Of a stretch of 64,000 nucleotides of DNA, positions 29,039-39,593 are shown piece by piece (positions within the stretch are counted from its first letter, which is position 1; each line of letters opens with the position of its first letter). A program made the position numbers and the translations under genes. The stretch comes from Mahella sp. (GTDB taxonomy: Bacteria; Bacillota; Clostridia; Mahellales; Mahellaceae), in assembly GCF_020054945.1 (NCBI RefSeq), contig NZ_JAIHAU010000004.1, positions 8,903 through 72,902 of the forward strand. Reading direction: 5' to 3'. The notes under the pieces are model-generated. The model worked only from the letters and a program-made list of their open reading frames with translations, was not told where the DNA came from and did not search any database.

Positions 29039-29803
29039 TCACCCCCTCTCTGCAGATAAAATATCAAAACAGCCAAACCCCATAGAGGTTTTGCTGCCGA
29101 TTCCGGAATCATATGCAACTTTGATAAGCTCGGGACTGCCGTCCAGCCAGTATATGCCCATCCACCCCTTAATTACCGTCCCTTTGTATTCGATTACCTT
29201 CATATATCTGTCGTCAATACGGCCTATCGGTTTTATAGTGAGTTTCGGCTCGGGCAAGCGCCTATTATATATGAGCTGGTATTTCCTATGCAAACCTTGC
29301 TCTATTATCTTGGAAAAATTCTCTTCAGCCGGTGAATAGTAGTATGTAATGGTCCTTTCGGTGTTCTTAGCGGTGCTGTACGCCACCACCGGCGAAAGCA
29401 TTTTTATCTTGGTCCTTCCTTCGATATGCGGCGGCGGTATAACCTTTATGCTGCTCAGCGATAACGGCTGCCCGGCCAGATTCAAGCGATCGCTTTTCAT
29501 AAATGCCTCGGACAGGTTTTCTATGAATACTTCCATAGCCGATGATAGCGTCAGCTTAAGCGGCGGCTTGAATTCTATTATACCCTTATCCCTGTTCATG
29601 TTAAAGGTACCCTCTAGTCTGGAGAAAGTAAACATCTTATAGCGCCTGTTGTTTATATCGAAGCCTTCTTCGTGCAAAAAGTGCTTCAGCGCTGCGTCTG
29701 ATATATGATCGTATATCAGCCCCTGCAAAATGTGGTTATACTGTATTGGCAACTTAACCGGTTTATCGCTTTCAAACTCATAGCATACGCGCATTTGACT
29801 CAT
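29039..29803 (-). CDS. cas6: Cas6 crRNA-processing endoribonuclease
   Basis: YNHILQG.IY, LH.EG, FTFSRL, GIGSKTSMGFG. Confidence 0.96.
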   Translation of the reverse strand: MSQMRVCYEFESDKPVKLPIQYNHILQGLIYDHISDAALKHFLHEEGFDINNRRYKMFTFSRLEGTFNMNRDKGIIEFKPPLKLTLSSAMEVFIENLSEAFMKSDRLNLAGQPLSLSSIKVIPPPHIEGRTKIKMLSPVVAYSTAKNTERTITYYYSPAEENFSKIIEQGLHRKYQLIYNRRLPEPKLTIKPIGRIDDRYMKVIEYKGTVIKGWMGIYWLDGSPELIKVAYDSGIGSKTSMGFGCFDILSAERG

Positions 29804-29821
29804 CTCCCGTAATTTATATTT

Positions 29822-29848
29822 TAATTATATCACTTAAGGATGATATAA
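29822..29848 (-). promoter_or_regulatory. cas6 promoter (extended -10) overlapped by an 8-bp inverted repeat
   Basis: TTATATCA-N8-TGATATAA at 29825-29848; TGATATAAT on the minus strand. Confidence 0.5.
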
Positions 29849-29869
29849 CGGTTGCAATACTTAAATTTT

Positions 29870-31723
29870 TTATGCCTCCGGCTTTTCGTATATATAGCCT
29901 AATACGCTGTTGCGGCCGGTTATCCTGCCCTGCTGCGCCAGCCTGTCCAGCAGGTCTTTTAACTGATCGACGGTAAAGGTGTATCTGCCTTCGCTGTCGT
30001 GCTCTATCTCGGCGGCCTTTTGCACCATGTCAGCGTCATATATAGGCAGCTTGTCCTCTATGTAACGCAGCAGCTCCTGTTCTTGCCTGTCGAAATTATC
30101 CTTCAGCTCATCAAACGGGTTCTCATTATGTGGGCTGGCCGTTCTTGCCATGCGCACGCGTATGGGCACCGTACGGCCGATGATGGCCGATGATACGAAG
30201 GCATCGCCCGATGGCAGATACGGCAGACGGCGTGCCTCTTCCGGGGTTATATCGGTTTCTTCTTTTATGGTCGCTATGTCTATGCTTCTTACTGTGCGAA
30301 ATACCAGCTTGGTATTGAGCTGTGCCGTTATGTTCTCATCCAACGATGTGGGCCGTTGGGTGGCCAATATGAGGAAAGTGCCATATTTGCGCCCTTCCTG
30401 TGCTATCTCTTTTAAGACGGTCTTGGCCGGCGTGTCATAACCCTTCGGGGCAAAGTTGTGGGCCTCATCGGCCACCACTATGAAAGGCGGGAAATAGTCG
30501 GCGCCCGTTCCTCTGGCCTGAGCATCTTTATAATCTCGTCGTTTATGGTAAAGATTGTTTAACAGATATGTGCCGAAAACGTTTATCATCTGGCTTGAAC
30601 CCTGTATTACCATGAGCTTGCCCTGTCTCAAGCCTTCCTCCACCGGCTGTATGTCATGGCTGAACAGACCGTCGTTAAATAAACGGCGCAGACGCCATGA
30701 TATGGCGCGTACCGACGCCAGCGGCAGATCCCTGTAAGTACGTCTCAATTCTATGCACTGCTCATAACGCTGGCGCTGATACTGATTGTCTGCGCTTTCC
30801 AGCTTGGCCCGCAGCCCTGCCTCAGTATCCTCCAACGCTTCGTCCAGCATATCCAGCCTATCGCTGAATGTCTGGTAGCTGTCGCTGCGTTTGTGCAGTG
30901 TTTCGACTGCATTGGCCATCGACTCGCTCAATGGGCTGGACGCGCCCAAAAGATTTTTCAAGTCGGCATTGGACAGCTTGTCAAAAGCTACGCCTATATC
31001 CTGCCCTATATTCAAGCGACGGAAGTTGGCGCTGTAATCGACCTCCCATCCATCGGGTAAACCGCTGGCACGCGTCGAAAAATCCATCTCCAGATGTGGA
31101 TCCAGCACCAATACCGGTATGCGCAACTTCATCAATTCCTCCAACATAACGCGCATGCCGAAGGATTTACCCGAGCCAGAGCCTCCAAATACGCCTATAT
31201 GCGGATATTGTTGCATGGCTTTTATATCGAATATAAACGGAACGCCGTTTTGGGGTCTGGCTTCACCGCCTTCATACAGGAGGGCTATATCCTTCAGTTG
31301 CTGCGGCATATCTTCAGCCACCTCGTCGCTGCTCTTTATAACTCCCAATATCAGCCCTTCCTTAGGCGACACCGTTACCATGAGGTCACTGACCTCCTCG
31401 AACCTCGGCGTGCGCGCCGTACTTCCGGTTTGTATGGGATACTGGGCTTCGGTTACAAGGCGCACTTTGGCCAAATGTATGGTATCCTGCCCTATATTGT
31501 ATCCGAGCTGCTTAAGCGACTCCAGTATGGAGGCATCCACCATGCCGCCCCCGTTTATATTGAGCGGTATAAAGCGGTTATAGGAATTGGTTTCCACCAC
31601 CTCGCCGCGCTGCGGCCCTTGAAATTGGTCTTCTATTATAAGCATCTGATTTATCCTGAATGGTTTGTCCTTAGCTGCCACCCATACTTCATGCTGGGTG
31701 GTAAGCCCTACTACTTGGATCAT
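29870..31723 (-). CDS. herA: HerA-like ATPase/helicase (DUF87)
   Basis: N-terminal barrel-like domain, HIGVFGGSGSGKS, LDPH.E, VADEAH.FAP, EGRKYG, ATQRP. Confidence 0.9.
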   Translation of the reverse strand: MIQVVGLTTQHEVWVAAKDKPFRINQMLIIEDQFQGPQRGEVVETNSYNRFIPLNINGGGMVDASILESLKQLGYNIGQDTIHLAKVRLVTEAQYPIQTGSTARTPRFEEVSDLMVTVSPKEGLILGVIKSSDEVAEDMPQQLKDIALLYEGGEARPQNGVPFIFDIKAMQQYPHIGVFGGSGSGKSFGMRVMLEELMKLRIPVLVLDPHLEMDFSTRASGLPDGWEVDYSANFRRLNIGQDIGVAFDKLSNADLKNLLGASSPLSESMANAVETLHKRSDSYQTFSDRLDMLDEALEDTEAGLRAKLESADNQYQRQRYEQCIELRRTYRDLPLASVRAISWRLRRLFNDGLFSHDIQPVEEGLRQGKLMVIQGSSQMINVFGTYLLNNLYHKRRDYKDAQARGTGADYFPPFIVVADEAHNFAPKGYDTPAKTVLKEIAQEGRKYGTFLILATQRPTSLDENITAQLNTKLVFRTVRSIDIATIKEETDITPEEARRLPYLPSGDAFVSSAIIGRTVPIRVRMARTASPHNENPFDELKDNFDRQEQELLRYIEDKLPIYDADMVQKAAEIEHDSEGRYTFTVDQLKDLLDRLAQQGRITGRNSVLGYIYEKPEA

Positions 31724-31735
31724 AAAAGCCTCACC

Positions 31736-32734
31736 TCATATATCCCTATTTTGCCGCTTGGCCACCAGCAAACGGTGGCGCAGATCGGCATCTATATATT
31801 CGTCTATCAACGCTTCCATCATCTGATTGGTTATACGGACCTGATTATCCACCATATCCAACCATAGCGGTATGCCTCGGCCGTCTTGCGGCGCCAGCGC
31901 ATAAACCAGCGCGGCCATATCCTCCATATGGTCGGATTGCTCGGCGGGCATATCCATGGCTATCGGATGCGGGTCCATAGACGTGCGCATGAAACAGGCC
32001 GCAAGGCCTAGTTTACCTTGCCCCAAACAATCCTCATTTATAGCCAGCATTTGACCCGGCGATAATATACCGAACATCAGCTCGCGGTCGTACATATCTT
32101 TCATGTCATCGGGCAGATAGTCCTTAAGCGCCTGCTTTATTATAGCGGTCTTTATCTCCTCCACCACCCCTATAAGCAGCACATGGCGTTCCAGCGCCAA
32201 ATGGTACAATTTATCCCATGTATCGCGGCATTTTATCCTGAATTGCGCGAGCGACCCGTCCATCATGAGCACCGATGGCGCCATGCATTCTATCGCCTCT
32301 ATAGCCGCCTCCACTTCCAAGCATGCCATATGCGCCGAGCGCCTGTTCTCGTCTTGAACAGCCGCCGGTACGGCATCGGCTACGGCATTTATATTTGCAT
32401 CTTTATCCTCAAACAAAGGGGAGTATATCTCATATTTATATATGGGATCATAGCAGGCAAACGTGCTCTGCGCCATGGAGCGCATGACAGCCACATAATG
32501 CGGATAGGACGAACCGGCGGTATTTATGGACCCGTCTACAGCCACAATCCCTTCAGGCGCCATAGCGGCTACCTGCTGCGGAGCAAGCTTGGGCATCTCT
32601 GTCAGCCGGCCTACGTGTCGCTCGAGGAGATTGAGCAGGGTTATATTGAAACCGCTGCCGTTTTTGTATCGTTTCTTCAATGTATCGTTGAACCTGAGCA
32701 ATTTATCTTTTAATTCTTTTTCTATATCCAACAT
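31736..32734 (-). CDS. nurA: NurA-family 5'-3' nuclease
   Basis: AVDGS, E..AA, MMDGSL, GVVE, G.P.WL..VD; directly upstream of herA. Confidence 0.88.
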   Translation of the reverse strand: MLDIEKELKDKLLRFNDTLKKRYKNGSGFNITLLNLLERHVGRLTEMPKLAPQQVAAMAPEGIVAVDGSINTAGSSYPHYVAVMRSMAQSTFACYDPIYKYEIYSPLFEDKDANINAVADAVPAAVQDENRRSAHMACLEVEAAIEAIECMAPSVLMMDGSLAQFRIKCRDTWDKLYHLALERHVLLIGVVEEIKTAIIKQALKDYLPDDMKDMYDRELMFGILSPGQMLAINEDCLGQGKLGLAACFMRTSMDPHPIAMDMPAEQSDHMEDMAALVYALAPQDGRGIPLWLDMVDNQVRITNQMMEALIDEYIDADLRHRLLVAKRQNRDI

Positions 32735-33031
32735 CTTCTAAACACCTCGGCTATATATTACCATTATATCATATCTCAGTTATCATGGAATAAAAAGATA
32801 TGGAATTTTGATGGTTAATAATGTTATGGTTTGCGAATCCTACAAAACCATATATTGATTTTATTAGCGCTATATGTTATACTTTAGTTATCATCTTTGG
32901 TACATACATCTATCAGTTGAAGAATAAAGAAAAATTTATGTTTTTTTTCTGCAAACATATTGACTTTTAATGTCACGTTTGATAAGATAGAAACGTAAAT
33001 TTTGTCGAAATATGTTGAAGGAGGAGATATC

Positions 33032-33310
33032 ATGAAATCTACGGGAATCGTAAGGAAAGTCGACGAGCTGGGTAGGGTAGTAATACCTATAGAGCTGAGG
33101 AGAACGCTCAACATATCCCAGAGGGATGCACTGGAGATTTATGTGGATGGCGAGCACATCATATTGAAAAAGTATGAACCCGCCTGCATATTCTGCGGTG
33201 ATGCCGACGGCGTACAACTTTACAAAGGCAAAAATATATGCAAAAACTGTTTAGCTGAAATAGCCGATGAATTCGGTGATAAAAAAGAGGCTGCCGACGA
33301 GAGCAAATAA
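33032..33310 (+). CDS. abrB: AbrB transition-state regulator
   Basis: MKSTGIVRKVDELGRVVIPIELRRTL; C-terminal CxxC...CxxC; GGAGG RBS. Confidence 0.96.
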   Translation: MKSTGIVRKVDELGRVVIPIELRRTLNISQRDALEIYVDGEHIILKKYEPACIFCGDADGVQLYKGKNICKNCLAEIADEFGDKKEAADESK

Positions 33311-33320
33311 TAGTTTTTCA

Positions 33321-33349
33321 CCCTGCGCCTAAGGGCGCAGGGCTTTTTT
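33321..33349 (+). terminator. Intrinsic terminator after abrB (possibly bidirectional)
   Basis: CCCTGCGCC-TAAG-GGCGCAGGG followed by a T tract. Confidence 0.8.
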
Positions 33350-34183
33350 ATATACCTCGTTTTTAGGCAGGCCGGTATCGGCAGCCACCTGTTTGATCGC
33401 ATCCTTCTTGCTCATGCCACGCTGCATATAATCTGATATGCGCTGCTCCACAGTAATACCATCATCGGCATCTTGCACCGCAGCCCCTTCATAACCCTTC
33501 AGCACCAACACGAACTCGCCCCGAGGCTGTGCGTCCTCGAAATGCGCTATCATCTCGCCTATTGTCCCCCTGATCACTTGTTCATGTATTTTGGTAATCT
33601 CCCTGGCCACCGCCATGGGCCTGTCGCCAAGCCATGCCAAAAGGTCGCCCAGCGTTGTCAGCAAACGATGCGGCGCCTCATACAGCACCACTGTCCGACG
33701 TTCGTATCTCAGCGCCTCCAAATGCGACCGCCGCTCTTTTTTACCCCGAGGCAAAAACCCCTCGAATACATACCTGTCTCCGCTGAACCCCGATACGGCC
33801 AGAGCGGCCGATACCGCCGTAGGCCCCGGCACGACGCTTACAGGCAATCCCGCTTCATGCACCGCTTCGACCACGACGCTGCCCGGATCCGATGTAACCG
33901 GCATGCCGGCATCGGTAACCAGAGCAACGCTGCATCCTTTGCTTATCAAATCCACTATCTCGCCGGCCCGCTGTCTTTCATTGTGCTCATGACAGCTTAT
34001 AAGCGTCTTATGAATGTCATAATGATTTAGCAGCTTCAATGTCTGGCGCGTGTCCTCGGCAGCTATGTAATCGACATTTTGCAGCACCTTCAGCGCTCTG
34101 AGCGTTATATCCTCGAGATTACCTATAGGCGTACCGCATATATATAAGCAGCCGGGCTTTGCATCTTTTTGCTCATCCGCCAT
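33329..34183 (-). CDS. rsmI: 16S rRNA C1402 2'-O-methyltransferase RsmI
   Basis: TPIGNLEDIT.RA, AAEDTR, DAGMP..SDPG, YEAPHR, REITK.HE. Confidence 0.96.
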   Translation of the reverse strand: MADEQKDAKPGCLYICGTPIGNLEDITLRALKVLQNVDYIAAEDTRQTLKLLNHYDIHKTLISCHEHNERQRAGEIVDLISKGCSVALVTDAGMPVTSDPGSVVVEAVHEAGLPVSVVPGPTAVSAALAVSGFSGDRYVFEGFLPRGKKERRSHLEALRYERRTVVLYEAPHRLLTTLGDLLAWLGDRPMAVAREITKIHEQVIRGTIGEMIAHFEDAQPRGEFVLVLKGYEGAAVQDADDGITVEQRISDYMQRGMSKKDAIKQVAADTGLPKNEVYKKALRP

Positions 34184-34931
34184 GTTCTGGCACCTCCATG
34201 CCATATATTCCGTATATCTCGTCCGTATACATCCCTTCAGCACCGTATATGATCAAAGCCGGCATAATGTCCATATGGGGCTGTGCACCTTTAATGCCTT
34301 CAATCAGAAACATAACGGGCTTTTTATCAGCAAAAGGCTGTACCATGCGCAACCTTTTGGGTTCTATGCCAGCCTTGCGCATACCGCATATGGCATCAGC
34401 CAAGCGGGCCGGGCGATGTATCATATAAAAACGGCCTTTATTTTTCAAAAGCGCCGATGCAGCGTTTACAACATCATCCAGCGTGCATTTGAGCTCATAT
34501 GTAGCTATAGCCCTTGCGTCCGACGGGCTTACATGGCCGCTGCCTGCTTTGCGGTAAGGTGGATTGGATATTACAGCATCGGCTAAGCTTATACCCAATA
34601 TGCCGTCGGCCTTTCTTATATCCCCTTCTATTATATCCACGCGCCCTTCAAGGTCATTCAGCATAACACTGCGTCGGGCCATATCGGCCATTTCACGCTG
34701 TATCTCCAAGCCGTATATCTTGCTTGCCGCCGTCTTACACGCCAAAAGCAGCGGTATAACACCGCTGCCCGTGCCAAGATCCACGACTGTATCACCCGGC
34801 TTTATGCGAGCAAAGTTTGCAAGCAACACCGCATCTATGCCAAAGCTGAAAAGCCGTGGACTTTGGATGATCTTAAGCCCGCCACACTGAAGATCATCCA
34901 ATCTCTCTTCTTCTTTTAATTCAACATCCAT
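34173..34931 (-). CDS. tRNA1(Val) adenine-N6 methyltransferase (YabB-like)
   Basis: FSFGIDAVLL, DLGTGSG, NPPY, HRP.RL; conserved position upstream of rsmI. Confidence 0.9.
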   Translation of the reverse strand: MDVELKEEERLDDLQCGGLKIIQSPRLFSFGIDAVLLANFARIKPGDTVVDLGTGSGVIPLLLACKTAASKIYGLEIQREMADMARRSVMLNDLEGRVDIIEGDIRKADGILGISLADAVISNPPYRKAGSGHVSPSDARAIATYELKCTLDDVVNAASALLKNKGRFYMIHRPARLADAICGMRKAGIEPKRLRMVQPFADKKPVMFLIEGIKGAQPHMDIMPALIIYGAEGMYTDEIYGIYGMEVPEHGG

Positions 34932-34935
34932 GTCA

Positions 34936-36336
34936 TCAATCGGCCTCAAGCTTGCCGGCTATGAGATCCTCGAGATCCTGCAGCATCTTATCGACCTGCT
35001 GTTTAGATAGAACAAATTCTGCCTTGCCTCCGCGGAACACCGCATAAAAGTCCCGGTTGTACGGCACATAGTTTACATGTACCTCGCGCTCGCTCCCCTT
35101 ATTCAGGAAAAAGGTGGTTTTAACCTCGGGCACTTCTTCCAATTGTTCATCGATTTCGGCATCGACCGTCATGCCTATAAGGCTTTGGTAATATTGCTTA
35201 AACGGATCTTCTTCGACGACCTTACCATCCACTTTATAGGTGGTGATCACCTCATCCTCTTCGCCCTCTTCTTCGGCCTTCTTGGTCGTCCGGCTCAGCG
35301 TTATATCGTGCGTCTTGCCATTAGCCTCTACTATAATCCTGTCGACATCATCTATATTTACTATATACGCGAATTTCTCCATTATATCATAAGGCTCGGT
35401 ATCCATAAACGTCAGTTTATCCTTGCTCATGACATACACTGAAGGCGAATCGGCCGTCTTAAAGTAAACCTGTGTATCATCTTTATCGTCACCGATGAGT
35501 AGATGAAGCGTATTTTGCTTATCTTTGACAATCAGCTCGCCTTTGGGCTTATCCAAGCCGTATTGCGCCAGATCCTTCGGATTATCCTCCACAAACCCGT
35601 CTATAGCGATATTGGGCAGGGCATCAAGCACCGGCTGAAAATATTGCGTATCCACACCGACGGGCTCGCTATAAGGCTGCGTCATTTGCCACAACCCCAG
35701 TCCGAATTGAGCTTGATCCTCGGTCTGACTTTCGTTGGTCTTAATCTCTATGGTACGGCCACCCTCTTTCCACATCTTCAAATACGTGAGTTCTTGTGTA
35801 TTTATTTGAGGCAGCGTTGTATCCCGCACATCGTTTAGGGTATAGCTCAAATGCTCACCATGATTCATCCATACCTCATATACTTTCGGATCACCCTCTG
35901 CCATAAGGTAATAGGTACCGGTAGGCGTCTTATTGCCCAAATAGAGCGTCTTGACCGTATTATCTTTGAGCGTGGCCATCGCCGTAACCACAGGCTCCTT
36001 AAGGCCATACTGGGCCAAATCTTGCGGATCCTCTTCGACCACCTGCTCGGCATACAGGCTGGCAAAGGTATAGGCTAAGTCATCAACCGCAGTTTGATTC
36101 AATGCTATGGATTCGTTGCCCTCAGCCACCCATTTGTCGTCTTTTTTGACAAAGGTTAAGCTCCCATCTTTACGTTCAAGCGTCATTTTGACTATATCGT
36201 CTTTATTGAGCTTGGAAATCTCCACGCTCTCGCTATCCTGTTCGGCTTGCTGGGGACGTCTTGTGAGATACGCGTATGTTCCGGCAAGCAATGCCAACAC
36301 TACAACCAGTATAATGACATTGCGCGTTCTTCTCAT
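34936..36336 (-). CDS. DUF4340 membrane-anchored protein
   Basis: N-terminal TM helix; two 'DLAQYGL..P' repeats; follows a GldG-like gene. Confidence 0.8.
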   Translation of the reverse strand: MRRTRNVIILVVVLALLAGTYAYLTRRPQQAEQDSESVEISKLNKDDIVKMTLERKDGSLTFVKKDDKWVAEGNESIALNQTAVDDLAYTFASLYAEQVVEEDPQDLAQYGLKEPVVTAMATLKDNTVKTLYLGNKTPTGTYYLMAEGDPKVYEVWMNHGEHLSYTLNDVRDTTLPQINTQELTYLKMWKEGGRTIEIKTNESQTEDQAQFGLGLWQMTQPYSEPVGVDTQYFQPVLDALPNIAIDGFVEDNPKDLAQYGLDKPKGELIVKDKQNTLHLLIGDDKDDTQVYFKTADSPSVYVMSKDKLTFMDTEPYDIMEKFAYIVNIDDVDRIIVEANGKTHDITLSRTTKKAEEEGEEDEVITTYKVDGKVVEEDPFKQYYQSLIGMTVDAEIDEQLEEVPEVKTTFFLNKGSEREVHVNYVPYNRDFYAVFRGGKAEFVLSKQQVDKMLQDLEDLIAGKLEAD

Positions 36337-37763
36337 AGGTGCCTCCTTACCAGCCATACCCTAAGGCCCATACCCAATATTACAAGCGGTATTATTATAA
36401 CCACTATAGCTGCCAGTATAATGACCTGTAAAGATGTCATATTAAGGTAATCCGGGGTTAAGCTCTTAGGGGTTATGGATATACTCTCGGTTTGATCCCG
36501 CAACCAATTTATGCTGTTTATCACCACGTCTATATTAGCCGGAAATTGTGTCGTAATCTGCGAATCCACTATAGCCGAAGAACCCATCACTATTATTTTG
36601 GTGTCTTTTACATCAACATCGGAAGATTTATCGGTTATAGCAACGGCCACATCAAACGGTCCTTCCAAATCGCCGGTTTCTTTTTCCGGTGTCGTAGATT
36701 CCAAGTTAACCTTGCCCCATGAATCGGAAGACGTCGTGAGGAGTGGCTGTATCTCTATCGATCTCTTCTTTATCTCCGCTTCTTTTATAGGCTGCGCTAC
36801 CGGCATAATAACTGTAAGTTTATTGGATTTAAGCGGGCTGACTATATCGTGATCGCCGAAAGAGGGTATCAGCAACACCGGATCACCGGCGTTATGGCTG
36901 CGATCACCGTCCATTACCACCGCGCGTTCAAGTTCTACGCCATAGCTGTTGAATAATGCCTGGAAGTTTGGCAATTCACTGTTTAATAAATCCATCATAA
37001 ATATCGCTCGGCCGCCTTTGGACAGATAATCCCGCAGTTTTTCATCTTCCTCGGCGGATATATCCATCTTGGGCGACAAGATCAATACCGCCTCAGCATC
37101 ATCGGGCACTTTATCCGACGTAACCAAATTCAGCTCTTTTAACTCGAAGTTCTGATTTTCAAGCTGTTTGGAAAGGTCCGGCGGGACGGCTTCCTCGTTA
37201 TGCCCCTGCAGAGCATACAGCACGCTGCTTTTCTCCGATGTCACGTATATAAGCGCGCCGGTGACCTGTTGTTCTATGGCCAGCGAATCGGCTTGCTGTT
37301 GGCCGGTATATTGATCATAGCTATAATTTACTAGGTCATATGAGTCTATGACCTTATATTTATCTCCGGCGTCGACTATCAGCGAGCCTTCGCTCAAGTT
37401 TGTGCCGTCTTGGCTGTACTTTTGCGCAAAAGTCGGATTCTTGACCGGATCGATGAATTTTATATTTATTTTATCGGAGTAATTAGCATATTGATCGAGT
37501 ATCTCCTTTACGGTTATATTTTCTTGTCCGGTTTTGTATAAACCGTATATAGTTATATCTTTTTTTATGGTATCCATGGTCTTATAGCTCTGATCCGACA
37601 ATGAGAAATACCTGTTCTTAGTCAAATCTACTTTCCATGGTATCTGATCCACAACGAGATTTACTGCTATCAATATGGCTATGACCACTACTGTGATCAA
37701 AGCCGAATAACCGCCATATCGGAATTTTTTATTGCGGAAAGAGGCTGCTATATTAAGCTTCAT
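36333..37763 (-). CDS. GldG-family ABC auxiliary component
   Basis: DLT....SLS, IDP..NP, GHNE, N- and C-terminal TM helices. Confidence 0.85.
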   Translation of the reverse strand: MKLNIAASFRNKKFRYGGYSALITVVVIAILIAVNLVVDQIPWKVDLTKNRYFSLSDQSYKTMDTIKKDITIYGLYKTGQENITVKEILDQYANYSDKINIKFIDPVKNPTFAQKYSQDGTNLSEGSLIVDAGDKYKVIDSYDLVNYSYDQYTGQQQADSLAIEQQVTGALIYVTSEKSSVLYALQGHNEEAVPPDLSKQLENQNFELKELNLVTSDKVPDDAEAVLILSPKMDISAEEDEKLRDYLSKGGRAIFMMDLLNSELPNFQALFNSYGVELERAVVMDGDRSHNAGDPVLLIPSFGDHDIVSPLKSNKLTVIMPVAQPIKEAEIKKRSIEIQPLLTTSSDSWGKVNLESTTPEKETGDLEGPFDVAVAITDKSSDVDVKDTKIIVMGSSAIVDSQITTQFPANIDVVINSINWLRDQTESISITPKSLTPDYLNMTSLQVIILAAIVVIIIPLVILGMGLRVWLVRRHL

Positions 37764-37778
37764 TATAATACTTTCCCC

Positions 37779-38642
37779 CTAACTCCATCTTTTCTTCTCT
37801 ATGTTTCTTATAGTCAGAAACACAAATGCCGCCGAAAACGTAATATAATATACAATAGGGCTCAGGCTTAAAATACCCAGGCTGAATTCATTATACCTGT
37901 TCAACAACGAGAACCAAGCCAATACCTTACCTATGAAACCCGTATAAATGTCCTTATTGGCTATATACAACCCGGCTATCACCGCGCCACCGGCTATAGC
38001 TGCAACGAGGCTGACATATATATTCCGCGCCGCTGAATAAAGCCATATGGCGACAGCAGCTACCAGAGCTGATGCAAATACTACGCCGGATACTATATCC
38101 GTAGGCACCACGCTCTGCAACGCGTCCATAACCCATAAAAGCAACAGCACGCTAAATGTTACCACGGCCGCTATAACCTGATTATCGGTAAGCGATGATA
38201 TGAACAACCCAATCGCTATAAATGTGGAACCCAGCAAGAAGAATCCCACATAGCCGCCTATGATCTCCCATACCGCTATGTCGCCGAAAAAGCTCATCAT
38301 GACCGGATACATGCATGTTATAAGGAGCGTTATAAGAAATACCGTTACAGCCGCAAAGTATTTGCCTATTATCATCTCGCCAACGCTCAAAGGCGACGTT
38401 AAAAGAAGAACATCGGTCTTTTGGCGCATCTCTTCAGCCAACAGCCTCATAGTCAATATAGGCACCACTATAAGGAATATAAATGTCAAATTGCCCAACA
38501 TGCCGTTGTAATTAGCCACCATAGGAAATAGGTTGGATATAGCGAAGAAAAATCCGGCTATCAATAAGAAGAAACCCATGAAGACATAACCGGTAGGGGT
38601 TGAAAAATATGCTTTTAACTCTTTTTTATATACACCGATCAT
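37779..38642 (-). CDS. ABC-2 permease (GldF-like)
   Basis: KKEL..YF.TP.GY, TMRLLAEE....T..LLLTSP, SSLT.NQ. Confidence 0.88.
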   Translation of the reverse strand: MIGVYKKELKAYFSTPTGYVFMGFFLLIAGFFFAISNLFPMVANYNGMLGNLTFIFLIVVPILTMRLLAEEMRQKTDVLLLTSPLSVGEMIIGKYFAAVTVFLITLLITCMYPVMMSFFGDIAVWEIIGGYVGFFLLGSTFIAIGLFISSLTDNQVIAAVVTFSVLLLLWVMDALQSVVPTDIVSGVVFASALVAAVAIWLYSAARNIYVSLVAAIAGGAVIAGLYIANKDIYTGFIGKVLAWFSLLNRYNEFSLGILSLSPIVYYITFSAAFVFLTIRNIEKKRWS

Positions 38643-38648
38643 CGTATA

Positions 38649-39593
38649 TTATGAAACCTCGCTTTCCTGTGTCGTAACCTGCATAAAGATCTCCTCCAGG
38701 CTGAGATCCAAAGGCCGCATCATAAGAATTGGGCAATCAGCGCGGCTCAATGCATTGAATACAGGACGGCGAATATCCACCTCTTGGTCTGGGTCTACCA
38801 CGACGTCTACAGTGCCCGGTTCAAAAGTACCCCTCGGCTCTACTCTGGCAATCCCAGGCACCTGTTCCAGCGCCGCCACGACCTGTTTCTCCGGCGCCGC
38901 TACCCTGAGCGACAAACGCCCTCCGCCCAAATGCTTGGATAAGTTATCAGGCGTGCCGGCTGCCACGATCTTGCCTTTATTTATGATGATTATACGATCG
39001 CATACGGCGCTGACCTCAGGCAATATATGTGAGCTCAGTATTATAGTATGGGATTTGCCCAGCCTTTTTATAAGATCGCGCATCTCTATGATCTGTCTCG
39101 GATCCAAGCCTACGGTCGGCTCGTCCAGCACAAGTACCTGCGGATTTCCTATCATGGCCTGTGCCACGCCGACGCGCTGCTTATAGCCCTTTGAAAGGTT
39201 TTTTATCAAGCGGCCTTTTACATCGTCTATCTTAACGATATCCATTATCCTCTCCAGGCTTTGCTTGCGTTCGGCGCTCGACACCTTTCTTATATCACAT
39301 ACAAAGTCAAGGTACTCCGCTACTGTCATATCCATATACAGCGGCGGAAACTCCGGTAAATAACCTATCCTCTTTTTTGCTTCTTCCGGTTGATCCAGAA
39401 TATCTATGCCGTCTATCTTCACCGTGCCTTCAGTGGCCGATATATACCCGGTTATGATATTCATAGTGGTAGACTTGCCGGCGCCGTTCGGGCCAAGAAA
39501 GCCCAGGATCTCGCCATCGTTTACTGTAAAGCTTACATGATCTACAGCAACATGCTGACCATAGCGCTTGGTAACATTTTGGACTTCGATCAA
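38649..39593 (-). CDS. ABC transporter ATP-binding protein (GldA-like)
   Basis: GPNGAGKST, LSKGYKQR, LDEP, SSH. Confidence 0.93.
   Translation of the reverse strand: MIEVQNVTKRYGQHVAVDHVSFTVNDGEILGFLGPNGAGKSTTMNIITGYISATEGTVKIDGIDILDQPEEAKKRIGYLPEFPPLYMDMTVAEYLDFVCDIRKVSSAERKQSLERIMDIVKIDDVKGRLIKNLSKGYKQRVGVAQAMIGNPQVLVLDEPTVGLDPRQIIEMRDLIKRLGKSHTIILSSHILPEVSAVCDRIIIINKGKIVAAGTPDNLSKHLGGGRLSLRVAAPEKQVVAALEQVPGIARVEPRGTFEPGTVDVVVDPDQEVDIRRPVFNALSRADCPILMMRPLDLSLEEIFMQVTTQESEVS

Noticed and set aside
31094-31867. 257-aa plus-strand ORF, and many similar antisense ORFs across the window
   Set aside because: Shadow frames opposite well-supported genes
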